A DNA stretch of 64,000 bases, taken from positions 1,792,001 to 1,856,000 of the forward strand of contig OY764159.1 in NCBI GenBank assembly GCA_963668175.1, read 5' to 3'. How positions within the stretch are numbered: the first letter of the stretch is position 1; every line of letters begins with the position of its first letter. The stretch comes from Syntrophales bacterium. Its GTDB lineage: Bacteria > Desulfobacterota > Syntrophia > Syntrophales > PHBD01. Made by a program: the position numbers and the translations under genes. Positions 1-8,696 of this stretch are shown piece after piece. Under the pieces are notes generated by a model that was given only the letters and a program-made list of their open reading frames with translations, was not told the DNA's origin and searched no databases.

Positions 1-2
1 AA

Positions 3-566
3 CGGATCCTGCGCGTCGGGGGGCAAAGGTATATCGATGTCGATGTGCGTGTTATCGCCGCGACGAATCTCGATTTGCATAAGGAAGTCAAAGAGGGGAA
101 TTTCCGGAGCGATCTCTATTATCGTTTGAATGTGCTTCAGTTGATCGTGCCTCCCTTGCGAGAACGCGAGGGGGACATCGTCCAGTTGGCGGAATTTTTC
201 TTTCGGAAAATGTGCGACCAGTTCCATGTGCCTTATAAGCGGGTTGCCAGGGAGGTATGGTCGGCGCTGGAAAAATACTCCTGGCCCGGCAATGTCCGGG
301 AACTGGAAAACTGCATCGAAAGGGCGGTCAGCGTTTCGGAGGGCGACGAGATCCTCCCTACGCATCTCGCTCACAGCGTCTGGAACAGCGAAGACGAACC
401 CGGCTCCGCCTCTTCATCGCTCAAGGCCATGGAGAAAACGACCATTATGAATGCAATCCGGAAAACAAAAGGCAATATAAGCCGGGCTTCCAAATTGCTG
501 GGCATAGGGCGCAACACCCTGTACGACAAGATGCGCGAATATGCGATCAGGCCGTCGAGGGCATAA
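3..566 (+). CDS. Sigma54-dependent Fis-family transcriptional activator (C-terminal part; 5' end outside window)
   Basis: Frame is open from the window edge (RILRVGGQRYIDVDVRVIAATN). Motifs FRSDLYYRLNV and [10 protein letters not shown], plus Fis HTH GNISRASKLLGIGRNTLY. Confidence 0.93.
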   Translation, partial: RILRVGGQRYIDVDVRVIAATNLDLHKEVKEGNFRSDLYYRLNVLQLIVPPLREREGDIVQLAEFFFRKMCDQFHVPYKRVAREVWSALEKYSWPGNVRELENCIERAVSVSEGDEILPTHLAHSVWNSEDEPGSASSSLKAMEKTTIMNAIRKTKGNISRASKLLGIGRNTLYDKMREYAIRPSRA

Positions 567-734
567 ACATCGACCGAGCAATTTCATAATCGTAAGTTAC
601 GTCACATTTATAAAGTGCACCGGTCCATCTCTTGGACGAGAACTCACGCCGTCATTATCCCTTCGCTGACCTGTGGTCGTCTTTTGTCGTTAAATGCATT
701 TATATTACAGGATTTTCAAATAGCGCACATTACG

Positions 735-777
735 CTTAATCGGCAGGTTGCCGGTTCGATCCCGACAGGGCTTACGA
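735..777 (+). other. Degenerate tRNA 3'-half remnant (probably tRNA-Lys-derived; att-like scar), copy 1
   Basis: CTTAATCGGC-AGGTT-GCCGG-TTCGATC-CCGAC-AGGGCTT-ACGA reads as anticodon 3' side, variable loop, T arm and acceptor 3' strand. No matching 5' half upstream. Near-identical to 41262-41304. Confidence 0.65.
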
Positions 778-1206
778 GAAAATCGAAAGGCGTTTCGGAG
801 CGTTGGTGGAATGCCTTTTCTGATTTTATGGCAATCCAACCACGGGTTAGGGTGATTATAGAATAAATACGCAGGATGGGATTAATTGCGTGCTGTTGAA
901 TAGACGGATGACTTTTTGCGGCGACAACGCCATAGACGACAGTTTATGGCAGTCAATGCGCCGGCAACGGCCCGTCAAGGGAAAGGTCAGGGATATCCCG
1001 GCCGTTTGGACCCCAACGAGGCAAAAGGCGAGTATAAAACATACTTCATGTCCCCGTGTCCTGCGACGTTCGGGCCACATCTGCCGGAGAGGAAACGATG
1101 CCTGCAGCCGACATTGAGAGGGGAGGGGTCGTTATCGTTTTGATAGGCGTATGTGTTTTCCCGTCCCGGCCGGTCCGGGGCGGACAAGATGGTTTATACA
1201 AAGGCG

Positions 1207-1234
1207 ATGCCCTGTTTCCTCGGAGACAGGGCAT
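1207..1234 (-). terminator. Stem-loop downstream of the FmdB-family gene (terminator or stabilising hairpin)
   Basis: Inverted repeat ATGCCCTGT...ACAGGGCAT; no strong U-tract. Confidence 0.4.
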
Positions 1235-1250
1235 GGATGGGGTATAGGTT

Positions 1251-1269
1251 GAGCTGCGGACCGCAGCCC
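1251..1269 (-). promoter_or_regulatory. Candidate bacterial SECIS element
   Basis: Minus strand reads UGA GCAUAAAUCA GGGCUGCG-GUC-CGCAGCUC: an 8-bp stem with a GGUC apical motif starting 10 nt after the in-frame UGA. Resembles the E. coli fdhF SECIS apex (GCA-GGUC-UGC). Confidence 0.55.
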
Positions 1270-1279
1270 TGATTTATGC

Positions 1280-1486
1280 TCAGGAGAAAGGTCCCGACGA
1301 TGCGCATGAAGCGAGTCCTTCGCTCTTGCTTCCCGAACAGCCTGAAGATGAGAATGCGGATAGCTGGATTTCAGTTTCTCGATGACCGCAATCCGGGCAG
1401 GTCACATGGTTTTTATCGTCGCTCCTCATGCAGAGATATTCGAACACTTTTCCGCATTTCTTGCATTTAAATTCGTGTATCGGCAC
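1280..1486 (-). CDS. FmdB-family zinc-ribbon protein (possibly a selenoprotein extending to 1274, ending ...FS-U-A)
   Basis: MPIHEFKCKKCG...CPDCG has two CxxC motifs and a Ser/Gly-rich tail. GTG start with AGGGAG RBS. The TGA is followed by GCA TAA and a SECIS-like hairpin. Confidence 0.9.
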   Translation of the reverse strand: MPIHEFKCKKCGKVFEYLCMRSDDKNHVTCPDCGHRETEIQLSAFSSSGCSGSKSEGLASCASSGPFS

Positions 1487-1998
1487 GACTTCACTCCCTT
1501 CGCTCCTGAAAAATCTTTTTCACACCCGTCTCTTTCTTATAACGAAATATAGTTACGGGTGTCGATGGTGTCAAGAGAGGGGCATGTGCTCCTTTTTCCT
1601 GAAGATGGCAATCGACGGTCTTCTTTCCCGCTCCGGCAGGTCCGCTGAAGACCGGAAGCCGACAGAGGCTTTTTCGCCGCGTCATTCGCTCAATAACGGC
1701 GGCGCTTGCGGCGGGAAGAAGGCCGGCGATTCGATGGAGTCTGATAATGTTATGTTGGTTTTTACTGCGATGGCGCCGGGATCGCAGTTTTTAATCGCGG
1801 CATGATGCTGTTCATGAACGATAATGGAGGCGTGAAACATATCCGGCCGTGCCGCGTAAAGCGGTCAGAATGCAGGGAAGGCAAGGGCGGGGAGCCGTCG
1901 CAGGAGACGCACGAAATACTCATAATGTCGAAATGCTTGAGGGGATAGCCGCTATGGAGCGCACCGCGGTTCTACGCGCCTTTGCCGGGAATATTTTC

Positions 1999-2814
1999 TC
2001 AGCCGTAAAGCTCCGGACGCCTGTCGTCGAAGTACGTGACGATTTTCCGCCATTTATCCTGCCTGGCGGGATTAATCTCCGCCGCGGCGAAGCCTTCTTC
2101 CCCGTCCATGGCGGCCAGGACCTTGCCCGAAAAATCGACGATCTTGCTGTGCCCGTAGTAACCCCCGCCCGTCTGGTTGCTCGCCATCACGAAGACCTGG
2201 TTTTCGATCGCCCGCGCCGGGAGAAGCTTGTCCCACACGCCTCCCGCCGAAGCCGGCCACGCCGAGGCGTTGAGGACGATGCGGGCGCCCCGGAGGGCCA
2301 GGGTCCTGAAGACTTCCGGGAAATTCAGGTCGTAGCAGATGGTCGGTCCCACGGTGAACGGCCCCATATCCCAGACGGCCAGTTCGTTGCCCGGGGCGAC
2401 ATAGTCTTCCTCTCTCGCGTCCTTTTCGTGGTAAAGGTGGGTCTTACGGTAGGCGTGCACCGCGCCCGAAGGCGTGAAAAGGAGGAGCGCGTTGGCGATC
2501 TTGTCTTCAGCCGTCTTGAAGAAGGAGCCGCAGCCGATGTAGATGCCTCTTCCCGCGAGGCCTTTCATGGCCTCGACCCACCGCGAGGAAGGGCTGTTGG
2601 CCATGCCCGATGCCAGCCGCAGAGCCTCTTCGACGGTCCTGGTGCGGTCCAGGACGATATAGCCGAGGTCCGCCCCTTCCGGAAAGAGGATGAACTGCAC
2701 ACCTTCCGCCTGTGCTTTTTCCGCCAACGTCAGGATCTTTTCCTCGTTCTCTTCCTTCCGGAAACAGCCTGATACGAACTGGGCCACCGCCGCCTTGAAT
2801 ACGCCGTCTTTCAT
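1999..2814 (-). CDS. Carbon-nitrogen hydrolase (nitrilase/omega-amidase family)
   Basis: Catalytic triad motifs LFPEG, YRKTHL, ICYDLNFPE, plus ARAIENQ and GHSKIVD. ATG at 2814 chosen over the ORF-track start. Confidence 0.9.
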   Translation of the reverse strand: MKDGVFKAAVAQFVSGCFRKEENEEKILTLAEKAQAEGVQFILFPEGADLGYIVLDRTRTVEEALRLASGMANSPSSRWVEAMKGLAGRGIYIGCGSFFKTAEDKIANALLLFTPSGAVHAYRKTHLYHEKDAREEDYVAPGNELAVWDMGPFTVGPTICYDLNFPEVFRTLALRGARIVLNASAWPASAGGVWDKLLPARAIENQVFVMASNQTGGGYYGHSKIVDFSGKVLAAMDGEEGFAAAEINPARQDKWRKIVTYFDDRRPELYG

Positions 2815-2830
2815 GCTAACCCTTTCTTTC

Positions 2831-3526
2831 TCATGCCGGCTCCCCCCGGTCGAAGGCAAGCCGCACCTTTTGCAGGTGGCGTTGCAGGAGCCTGCCCGCT
2901 TCCTCGGGGTCCCGTTTCTTAAGCGCCTTCAGGATCTTTTTGTAATCCTCGATAAAAGGCGAAATGCTGCCCTGTTTTTCGAGCGCCAGGAAGGCCGTTC
3001 TCCTGACGTGATCGTTAAAGCCCCTGATGACGCCCGCCATCATGTCGTTCCCGCACCGTTCGAGGAACATGTTGTGGAACTGCATGGAATAGTCCACATA
3101 CGACCTCACGTCGTTCTTCCGGAAGGCCTCTTCGAGCTTCTCCAGAAGTTCCTCGCCGGCTTTCACGTCGCCGGGCGTGATGTGGGCCGCCGTTTTCCTG
3201 ATGGCCGCCACTTCCAGGAGTTCCCGGAGTTCCGCCAGTTCCGCCACCATCTTTTCGTCGACTGCGGTCACGCTGGGCCCCTTGAACGGGATGTTGACGA
3301 CGAAGCCCTCCTGGACGAGGCGGTTCATGGCCTCCCTGACGGGCGTTGTGCTGATGCCCAGCTCGCCGGTTATTCTGGCGAGGTTCAGCCTCTCCCCCGG
3401 CGCGAACTTCAGCGAAATAATGGCCTCCTTGAGGATGTCGTAGGCGTTTTCGCTCAGCCTGACGTCCTCGATTTTTTTGAGCCTGCCTTCTCCCTTGTCC
3501 GTCTGTTTCCGCACGGTGTCCGTCAT
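2831..3526 (-). CDS. GntR-family regulator (FCD domain)
   Basis: wHTH PGERLN...LGISTTPVREAM...L; FCD segment ELRELLE...FH. Confidence 0.92.
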   Translation of the reverse strand: MTDTVRKQTDKGEGRLKKIEDVRLSENAYDILKEAIISLKFAPGERLNLARITGELGISTTPVREAMNRLVQEGFVVNIPFKGPSVTAVDEKMVAELAELRELLEVAAIRKTAAHITPGDVKAGEELLEKLEEAFRKNDVRSYVDYSMQFHNMFLERCGNDMMAGVIRGFNDHVRRTAFLALEKQGSISPFIEDYKKILKALKKRDPEEAGRLLQRHLQKVRLAFDRGEPA

Positions 3527-3548
3527 CGCGCCGCTCCTTGGGGTCTTA

Positions 3549-4742
3549 TTAGGAGGCTTTTGCCGGTTTCCCGAACGAGATGGCGGGGCAGATACAGGTG
3601 CATACGCCGCACCCCCGGCAGTCTCCCACCGTCACTATATTATCTTTTATCCCGATTGCGCCATAAAAACATGCATCGACGCAGCGGCCGCAGAGCACGC
3701 AAAGGTCCTCGTCGATCTGCGCCCTTTCCTTCTCGAATTTTTCCATTTCGGCGTACGTGAGGGCCTTATCCGCCGCCAGGCCGACGATCTCCGCGGCCGT
3801 CGCATAACCGAGCCTGTCCAGGAGATCGTTCGTTTCCTTCACCGTCTTCCCGTACCAGCCGTACCCTTCGGCCATGGCGACGGAACAGAGCTGGACCACG
3901 GTGGCTCCCGCCATCATGTACTCCGCGACGTCCCTGCCGTCATAGGCCCCGTTCGATCCGGCGATGGGGATGCCCAGGTTCCGGTAAATCTCGTAAATCC
4001 ACCGGAGCGTCAGGGGTTTGACCCACGGGCCGCCCACGCCCGCCGTCCCGTACAGATGGGGCGCGGCATTCTCCACGTCGACGAGGAAGCCCACGAAGCG
4101 GTTCATGATCGTAACGGCGGCGGCACCGGCGGCCTTTACGCTCCGCGCCATGTCCGTCACGTCCTTTACCTGCGGCGTCAGCTTCACGATGACCGGGATG
4201 GAGACGCTCCGGGCCACGGCGCTCACGACCTCCACGGCCAGGTCCTTGTCCTGGCCGATCAGCATGCCCGTTTTTGTCTCCTCCATCTGGGAGGGGTGTG
4301 GGCACCCCAGGTTCATTTCGAGCATCCGGACCCCCGTGTCCTCGGTCATCCGGGCGAGTTTCACCCACCCCTCTACATCGGTGGACGCGATGCTGCCGAT
4401 GACGACGCACCCTTCGCCGTCCCCGATCTCCCGCGCCTTCCTGATATCTTTCAGCCATTCCTCGGGCTTGTCCTCATGCAGTCCCGTCCGGCCGTAAAGC
4501 GTGAACAGCCGCGGGACGCTGCCGTTGCATACCTTGTGTTCCTCGTCGAAGAACCGCCACCGGGTCTGGAAGCTCAGCTTCCTCATCGCCTCCGAATCGG
4601 TGACCGTCTTGACCACGAGCCCGCCGACGCCGCTTTCAACGACCCTCCGCATGTTCTCCAGATTCGCCGTCGGCTCCGCCGACGCCGCTATGACGGGGTT
4701 TTTGAATTCGACCCCCAGAAAATCGACCTTTAAATGCGCCAC
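3549..4742 (-). CDS. PreA-like dihydropyrimidine/dihydroorotate dehydrogenase-family flavoprotein with C-terminal 2x[4Fe-4S]
   Basis: FLGVEFKNPVIAAS, GGLVVKT, EMNLGCPH (catalytic Cys loop), VKLTP, C-terminal CVLCGRCVDAC and CRGCGVCTCICP. GTG start at 4742 with GAAGGGAG RBS. Confidence 0.85.
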   Translation of the reverse strand: MAHLKVDFLGVEFKNPVIAASAEPTANLENMRRVVESGVGGLVVKTVTDSEAMRKLSFQTRWRFFDEEHKVCNGSVPRLFTLYGRTGLHEDKPEEWLKDIRKAREIGDGEGCVVIGSIASTDVEGWVKLARMTEDTGVRMLEMNLGCPHPSQMEETKTGMLIGQDKDLAVEVVSAVARSVSIPVIVKLTPQVKDVTDMARSVKAAGAAAVTIMNRFVGFLVDVENAAPHLYGTAGVGGPWVKPLTLRWIYEIYRNLGIPIAGSNGAYDGRDVAEYMMAGATVVQLCSVAMAEGYGWYGKTVKETNDLLDRLGYATAAEIVGLAADKALTYAEMEKFEKERAQIDEDLCVLCGRCVDACFYGAIGIKDNIVTVGDCRGCGVCTCICPAISFGKPAKAS

Positions 4743-4759
4743 AACCAAGCTCCCTTCTG

Positions 4760-5452
4760 TTACACGTACGTGGGAATTTCCACGCGGTATTTGCACCAGA
4801 GCGAATCTCCCGATACCGGATTGAAAAGCTCCACCTCGAAACCCTCTCCGGGCAGCATGGCGCCCCCGATGGCCGAAACTGTGCCGGAAAAGATGATCAT
4901 GTTTTCCATGTCGCCGTCCTTCACCCTGCCTTTTACGAAAGCGAGAAGGTCGTCCACGCCCATGAACGCCGAAAGCGCCGCTTCCTGGTAGAGGATTCTC
5001 CGACCGTCCCGGATGACCCAGCTTCGGAGCACCATCTCGTTCCAGACGGCCGCCACGTCCTCGTAAGGCCATACGACGGCGGACATCACATTGGGGCACA
5101 TCTGCTTCGCCTTGAGGATGCTGGCCGCTTCCAGCGCCCGGTCCGTATGGTCGCTTCCCGCCCCGACGTACATGCGGCCCTCCTCGATCAGCAGCACGAA
5201 TTCGGCTTCCCCGGAATTGTCCTCCTCCACCACTTCGAGGACGCCCCCCGTCTTGATCAGGTAGGACGCGACGGGGTAGAGCGTCGGCACCTCGTCCGGC
5301 GCCGGAATGCCTTTCTCCTTCAGTTCCTCGATATGTCTCCTGACGCCTTCCTGGTCCCTCGCGGTGTAGCCCGCGTTGACCATCCGCCGGACCGGGAATG
5401 CGATGTCCCTGAGCCCGCTTGCGCTCTTCACTTTTAAATTCAATACGTGCAT
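4760..5452 (-). CDS. DUF2848-family protein (FAH-like fold, unknown function)
   Basis: AGYTARD...HIEEL...GIPAP...P.LYPV, SGEAEFVL, GSDHTDR.LE...KQMCP, W..M.LRSW, LYQE. Confidence 0.8.
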   Translation of the reverse strand: MHVLNLKVKSASGLRDIAFPVRRMVNAGYTARDQEGVRRHIEELKEKGIPAPDEVPTLYPVASYLIKTGGVLEVVEEDNSGEAEFVLLIEEGRMYVGAGSDHTDRALEAASILKAKQMCPNVMSAVVWPYEDVAAVWNEMVLRSWVIRDGRRILYQEAALSAFMGVDDLLAFVKGRVKDGDMENMIIFSGTVSAIGGAMLPGEGFEVELFNPVSGDSLWCKYRVEIPTYV

Positions 5453-5498
5453 GGGTTCCCCCGATTCCAGGACTTTCGTCGATGCATGCCTGCGTTTG

Positions 5499-5837
5499 TC
5501 ATTTCTCGTAATTCCGGATCTCGAACGTCATCATCCCGCTCTCGGAATAATACGGTCCGTGGACCATGCCCGGATGACGGTACCCGTAGTACCCCTTCCC
5601 GAAGACGGCGCCGCTCCTCGTATCGACGAAGGAGCCTTCGAGCACGAGGATCTCTTCGTGGAAGTCGTGGGTGAGGACGTCGTTCGTTCCCGTGCCCGGC
5701 TCGTACTTCAGGAGTCTTGTGACGCTGTTCGTTTCCGGGTCGACGTTGAGGACCTTTTCGAAGACGCCGGGGGTGCCGGCGACGGGCTCCCAGGCGATCG
5801 ACGCCGTTTCGTGAATTTCCTGTTCCTTCTTGGCCAT
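5499..5837 (-). CDS. ChrR-like cupin domain protein
   Basis: TRLLKYEPG...THDFHEEILVLEG...GYYGYRHPGMVHGPY cupin His/Glu pattern. Confidence 0.8.
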   Translation of the reverse strand: MAKKEQEIHETASIAWEPVAGTPGVFEKVLNVDPETNSVTRLLKYEPGTGTNDVLTHDFHEEILVLEGSFVDTRSGAVFGKGYYGYRHPGMVHGPYYSESGMMTFEIRNYEK

Positions 5838-5882
5838 GGTATGCTCCTTCCCGTTAACGATATAAATGATGCCGACGCTTCT

Positions 5883-6434
5883 TCACGCCCGGTCCCTGAG
5901 TCCGGAGGCCAGGGCGCGGCCCGATTCCAGGGCCTTCAGGTTGATGTCGACGAGCGACGGCGAGAATTTCTGTTTGAGGACCGCCGCCACGGACTCCTGC
6001 GACGATATGCCCGACAGGGCGACGATGCTCCCCAGGGCGACGATGTTGGCCGCCGTTTCCATTCCCAGTCTCCTTGCCTCCTCGGTGAAGGGTATCATGA
6101 AGACCTTCGATTCCGTAGGCGGCACCCTGGTCACGAACATCGAATCGGCAAGGACGAGGCCCGACCTCTTCGTCTTCGGGACGTAGAAATCCGCTATCGG
6201 CTGGGACATGGCGAGGAGCACGTCGGGTTCCGTGACTTTGACTTCGTTCAACTCCTCCGAACTGACCAGCACCTCGGCGCGGCTCATGCCGCCCCGCATG
6301 GATATGCCGTACGCTTCCGTCTGCAGGACATTCTTTCCCTCGATCTCGGCGAGGGTCTGGGCGAGGATGACGCCGGCGATTCCCAGTCCCTGGCCGCCGC
6401 TTCCGCCCAAGAGTATTTCCAAAGTTCCCTTCAT
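5883..6434 (-). CDS. 2-oxoacid:ferredoxin oxidoreductase gamma subunit
   Basis: GSGGQG, YG...RGG.S.AEV, ANIVALG, N.KAL..G. ATG at 6434 overlaps the beta stop (ATGA). Confidence 0.9.
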   Translation of the reverse strand: MKGTLEILLGGSGGQGLGIAGVILAQTLAEIEGKNVLQTEAYGISMRGGMSRAEVLVSSEELNEVKVTEPDVLLAMSQPIADFYVPKTKRSGLVLADSMFVTRVPPTESKVFMIPFTEEARRLGMETAANIVALGSIVALSGISSQESVAAVLKQKFSPSLVDINLKALESGRALASGLRDRA

Positions 6435-7279
6435 CCTTTCGCCCTTCCTTTCTGCGCCTCGGCGATGATTTTGTCGTATTCCTCCGTGAATTCCGGCAGC
6501 GTCTTTTCCACGAGAATCCCCCGCAGCAGTTTGTCTGCGAGGGCGTCCGCCGGGAGGTCCTTCGCCTTCTTCACGGAAACCGTAACGTCCTTCTGGGCCT
6601 TCCACATCTGCGCCGCAGCGCCCAGGCGGTTCCTCCTGCCGAAGGCCGTGGGGCAGGGCGTCAGGACCTCGATCAGCGAAAAGCCCTTGTGCCTGATGCC
6701 TTTTTCGATGATGTCGATCAGCTCCCTGACGTAATAGACGGCGCCCCTGGCGACGAAGGTCGCCCCGGCCGCCTCCGCGACGCGGCACAGGTCGACGGGC
6801 TTTTCGATATTGCCGTAGGGGGTCGTCGACGTAATGGCGTCCACCGGCGTCGTCGGGCCCACCTGCCCGCCCGTCATGCCGTAGTTGTAGTTGTCGTAGA
6901 CGATGGCGGTGAGGTCGATGTTCCGCCGGCAGGCGTGGAGGAGATGGTTCCCGCCGATGGCGGCGCAGTCCCCGTCGCCCATCGTGACGACGACGTTAAG
7001 CCCCGGGTTCGCCAGCTTGATGCCCGTGGCGCTCGGCAGGGCTCTGCCGTGGGCCGACTGCAGGGCGGTGAACGTCGTGTACCAGTGGGCCACGGGGGCG
7101 CAGCCGATGCCGGCCACGTGGATCACCTTGTCCAGGTCCAGGCCCAGCCGCTCCACGGCCCTAGCCATGGCCATGACGACGGTGCCGTTGCCGCATCCGG
7201 GGCACCACATGGTGGGCATCTGGTGCGTATAAAAATATTTCTCCACGAGGGAGGACGTGGAAGGTTGTTCAGAGCGCAT
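6431..7279 (-). CDS. 2-oxoacid:ferredoxin oxidoreductase beta (TPP-binding) subunit
   Basis: WCPGCG, GIGC, HGRA, GDGD...IGGNH, YGMTGGQ, PCPT. Confidence 0.93.
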   Translation of the reverse strand: MRSEQPSTSSLVEKYFYTHQMPTMWCPGCGNGTVVMAMARAVERLGLDLDKVIHVAGIGCAPVAHWYTTFTALQSAHGRALPSATGIKLANPGLNVVVTMGDGDCAAIGGNHLLHACRRNIDLTAIVYDNYNYGMTGGQVGPTTPVDAITSTTPYGNIEKPVDLCRVAEAAGATFVARGAVYYVRELIDIIEKGIRHKGFSLIEVLTPCPTAFGRRNRLGAAAQMWKAQKDVTVSVKKAKDLPADALADKLLRGILVEKTLPEFTEEYDKIIAEAQKGRAKG

Positions 7280-8420
7280 GATGCACCTCCATTATTTTCC
7301 GGAGTATTTCGGCCGAGGAAAAGGCCTCGCCCACGCGCGCAAGCGAGACGATTTCCGCCTTCTGTCTGCAGGCGGCCTCCCTCACGGGATGGATGTACTG
7401 ACCCAGGTTCATTTCCGGAACGATGATCGCCCTGGCCTTGTCCGCCGCGGCCCGGACTTCGTCTTCCGGAAAGGGCCAGAGGACGCGGGGCCGCATAAAC
7501 CCCACCTTAAGCCCCGACTCCCTCGCCTTGAGGACGGCCCCCCTGGCGGCGATGGCCGTGCAGCCGTAGGCGAGGACGACGATATCCGCATCTTCCATGA
7601 ACTCTTCCCGGACGTCCGTTATCTCTTTCCTGTTTTTTTCGATTTTGTTTGTGAGCCTTTCGATCAGGAGCCTGGACACGGCGAAATCGCTCGTGGCCTG
7701 GAAGCTGTCCTCGTTGTGGGCGCTGCTGTTTGCGTACCAGTGGTAGGGCGTCCCGAATTTCGCCATGGGCGGGACCCCCTTGTCGTTCCCCCGGTAGGGG
7801 TGGTACTGGTCCGGGGGCACGTCGGGTTCGGGCCTGTAGGCCGTTTTGACCGTCTCGTACGGCGGGAGCGTGACATTTTGCCGCATGTGCCCCACGACCT
7901 GGTCCGCGAGGAGGATGACGGGCACCCTGAACCTCTCGGAGAGATCGACCGCCCTGATCGTCAGGTCGAACATCTCCTGCACCGACGCGGGCGACAGGGC
8001 GATGATGGCATAGTCCCCGTGGGAGCCGTATCTTGCCTGCATCACGTCGCCCTGGGCCGGCGACGTCGCCATGCCGATGGACGGCCCCACCCTCTGCACG
8101 TTGACGAGCACAAGGGGAACTTCCACCATGCAGGCGAGCCCCAGGTTCTCCATCTTCAGCGAAAACCCCGGTCCGCTCGTCGCATCCATGGCCTTGACGC
8201 CGGTGAGGGCGGCCCCGATCGCTGCGGCGAGGCTTCCTATCTCGTCTTCCATCTGGATGAATTTTCCTCCGACCTCGGGGAGCCGCCTGGACATGACGTT
8301 GGCGATCTCGTTCGACGGCGTTATGGGATATCCCGCATAGAACCGGACGCCCGCCGCGATGGCGCCTTCCGCGCAGGCCTCGTTCCCCTGCATCAGCTTC
8401 ACTTTTCCTGTCTGTTCCAT
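7269..8420 (-). CDS. 2-oxoacid:ferredoxin oxidoreductase alpha subunit (KorA-type)
   Basis: GNEA.AEGA, YAGYPITPS, QMEDE, ATSGPGFSL, QRVGPS.G, EMNLGQ. Confidence 0.93.
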   Translation of the reverse strand: MEQTGKVKLMQGNEACAEGAIAAGVRFYAGYPITPSNEIANVMSRRLPEVGGKFIQMEDEIGSLAAAIGAALTGVKAMDATSGPGFSLKMENLGLACMVEVPLVLVNVQRVGPSIGMATSPAQGDVMQARYGSHGDYAIIALSPASVQEMFDLTIRAVDLSERFRVPVILLADQVVGHMRQNVTLPPYETVKTAYRPEPDVPPDQYHPYRGNDKGVPPMAKFGTPYHWYANSSAHNEDSFQATSDFAVSRLLIERLTNKIEKNRKEITDVREEFMEDADIVVLAYGCTAIAARGAVLKARESGLKVGFMRPRVLWPFPEDEVRAAADKARAIIVPEMNLGQYIHPVREAACRQKAEIVSLARVGEAFSSAEILRKIMEVHHAL

Positions 8421-8424
8421 ATGT

Positions 8425-8610
8425 TCACACCTCTAATTCGACGGCATAATCCGGACACCATAATTCGCAAAGTCCGCACTTGCTGCATTTGTCCGCATGG
8501 ACAGGCTCCGGATAGCCTTCATCATTTGCTGCATAGACTTCCCGCGGGCATAACCCGATGCAGACGCCGCACTTTTTGCATCGCTCCGTATGAATCACAA
8601 TCTGGCTCAT
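8425..8610 (-). CDS. 2x[4Fe-4S] ferredoxin, OFOR delta subunit
   Basis: MSQIVIHTERCKKCGVCIGLCP...CSKCGLCELWCPDYAV; ATG at 8610. Confidence 0.9.
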   Translation of the reverse strand: MSQIVIHTERCKKCGVCIGLCPREVYAANDEGYPEPVHADKCSKCGLCELWCPDYAVELEV

Positions 8611-8659
8611 TTCATCAGCTCCATCGTTCCTTTTTCGCTCTTGGGGACATACCGTTGTT

Positions 8660-8696
8660 TCGTATATCGTATATGATATACGATATACGATGTCAA
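8660..8696 (-). promoter_or_regulatory. Sigma70-type promoter overlapped by a 31-bp perfect palindrome (probable GntR operator)
   Basis: TCGTATATCGTATAT-G-ATATACGATATACGA (8660-8690) lies directly after minus-strand TTGACA (8696-8691). Confidence 0.7.

Noticed and set aside
3549..5099. Long ORF-track N-terminal extensions (also 5883-6788, 42419-43465, 56747-57649, 8425-8733)
   Set aside because: The extensions overlap neighbouring genes or regulatory sites; downstream starts fit the family N-termini.
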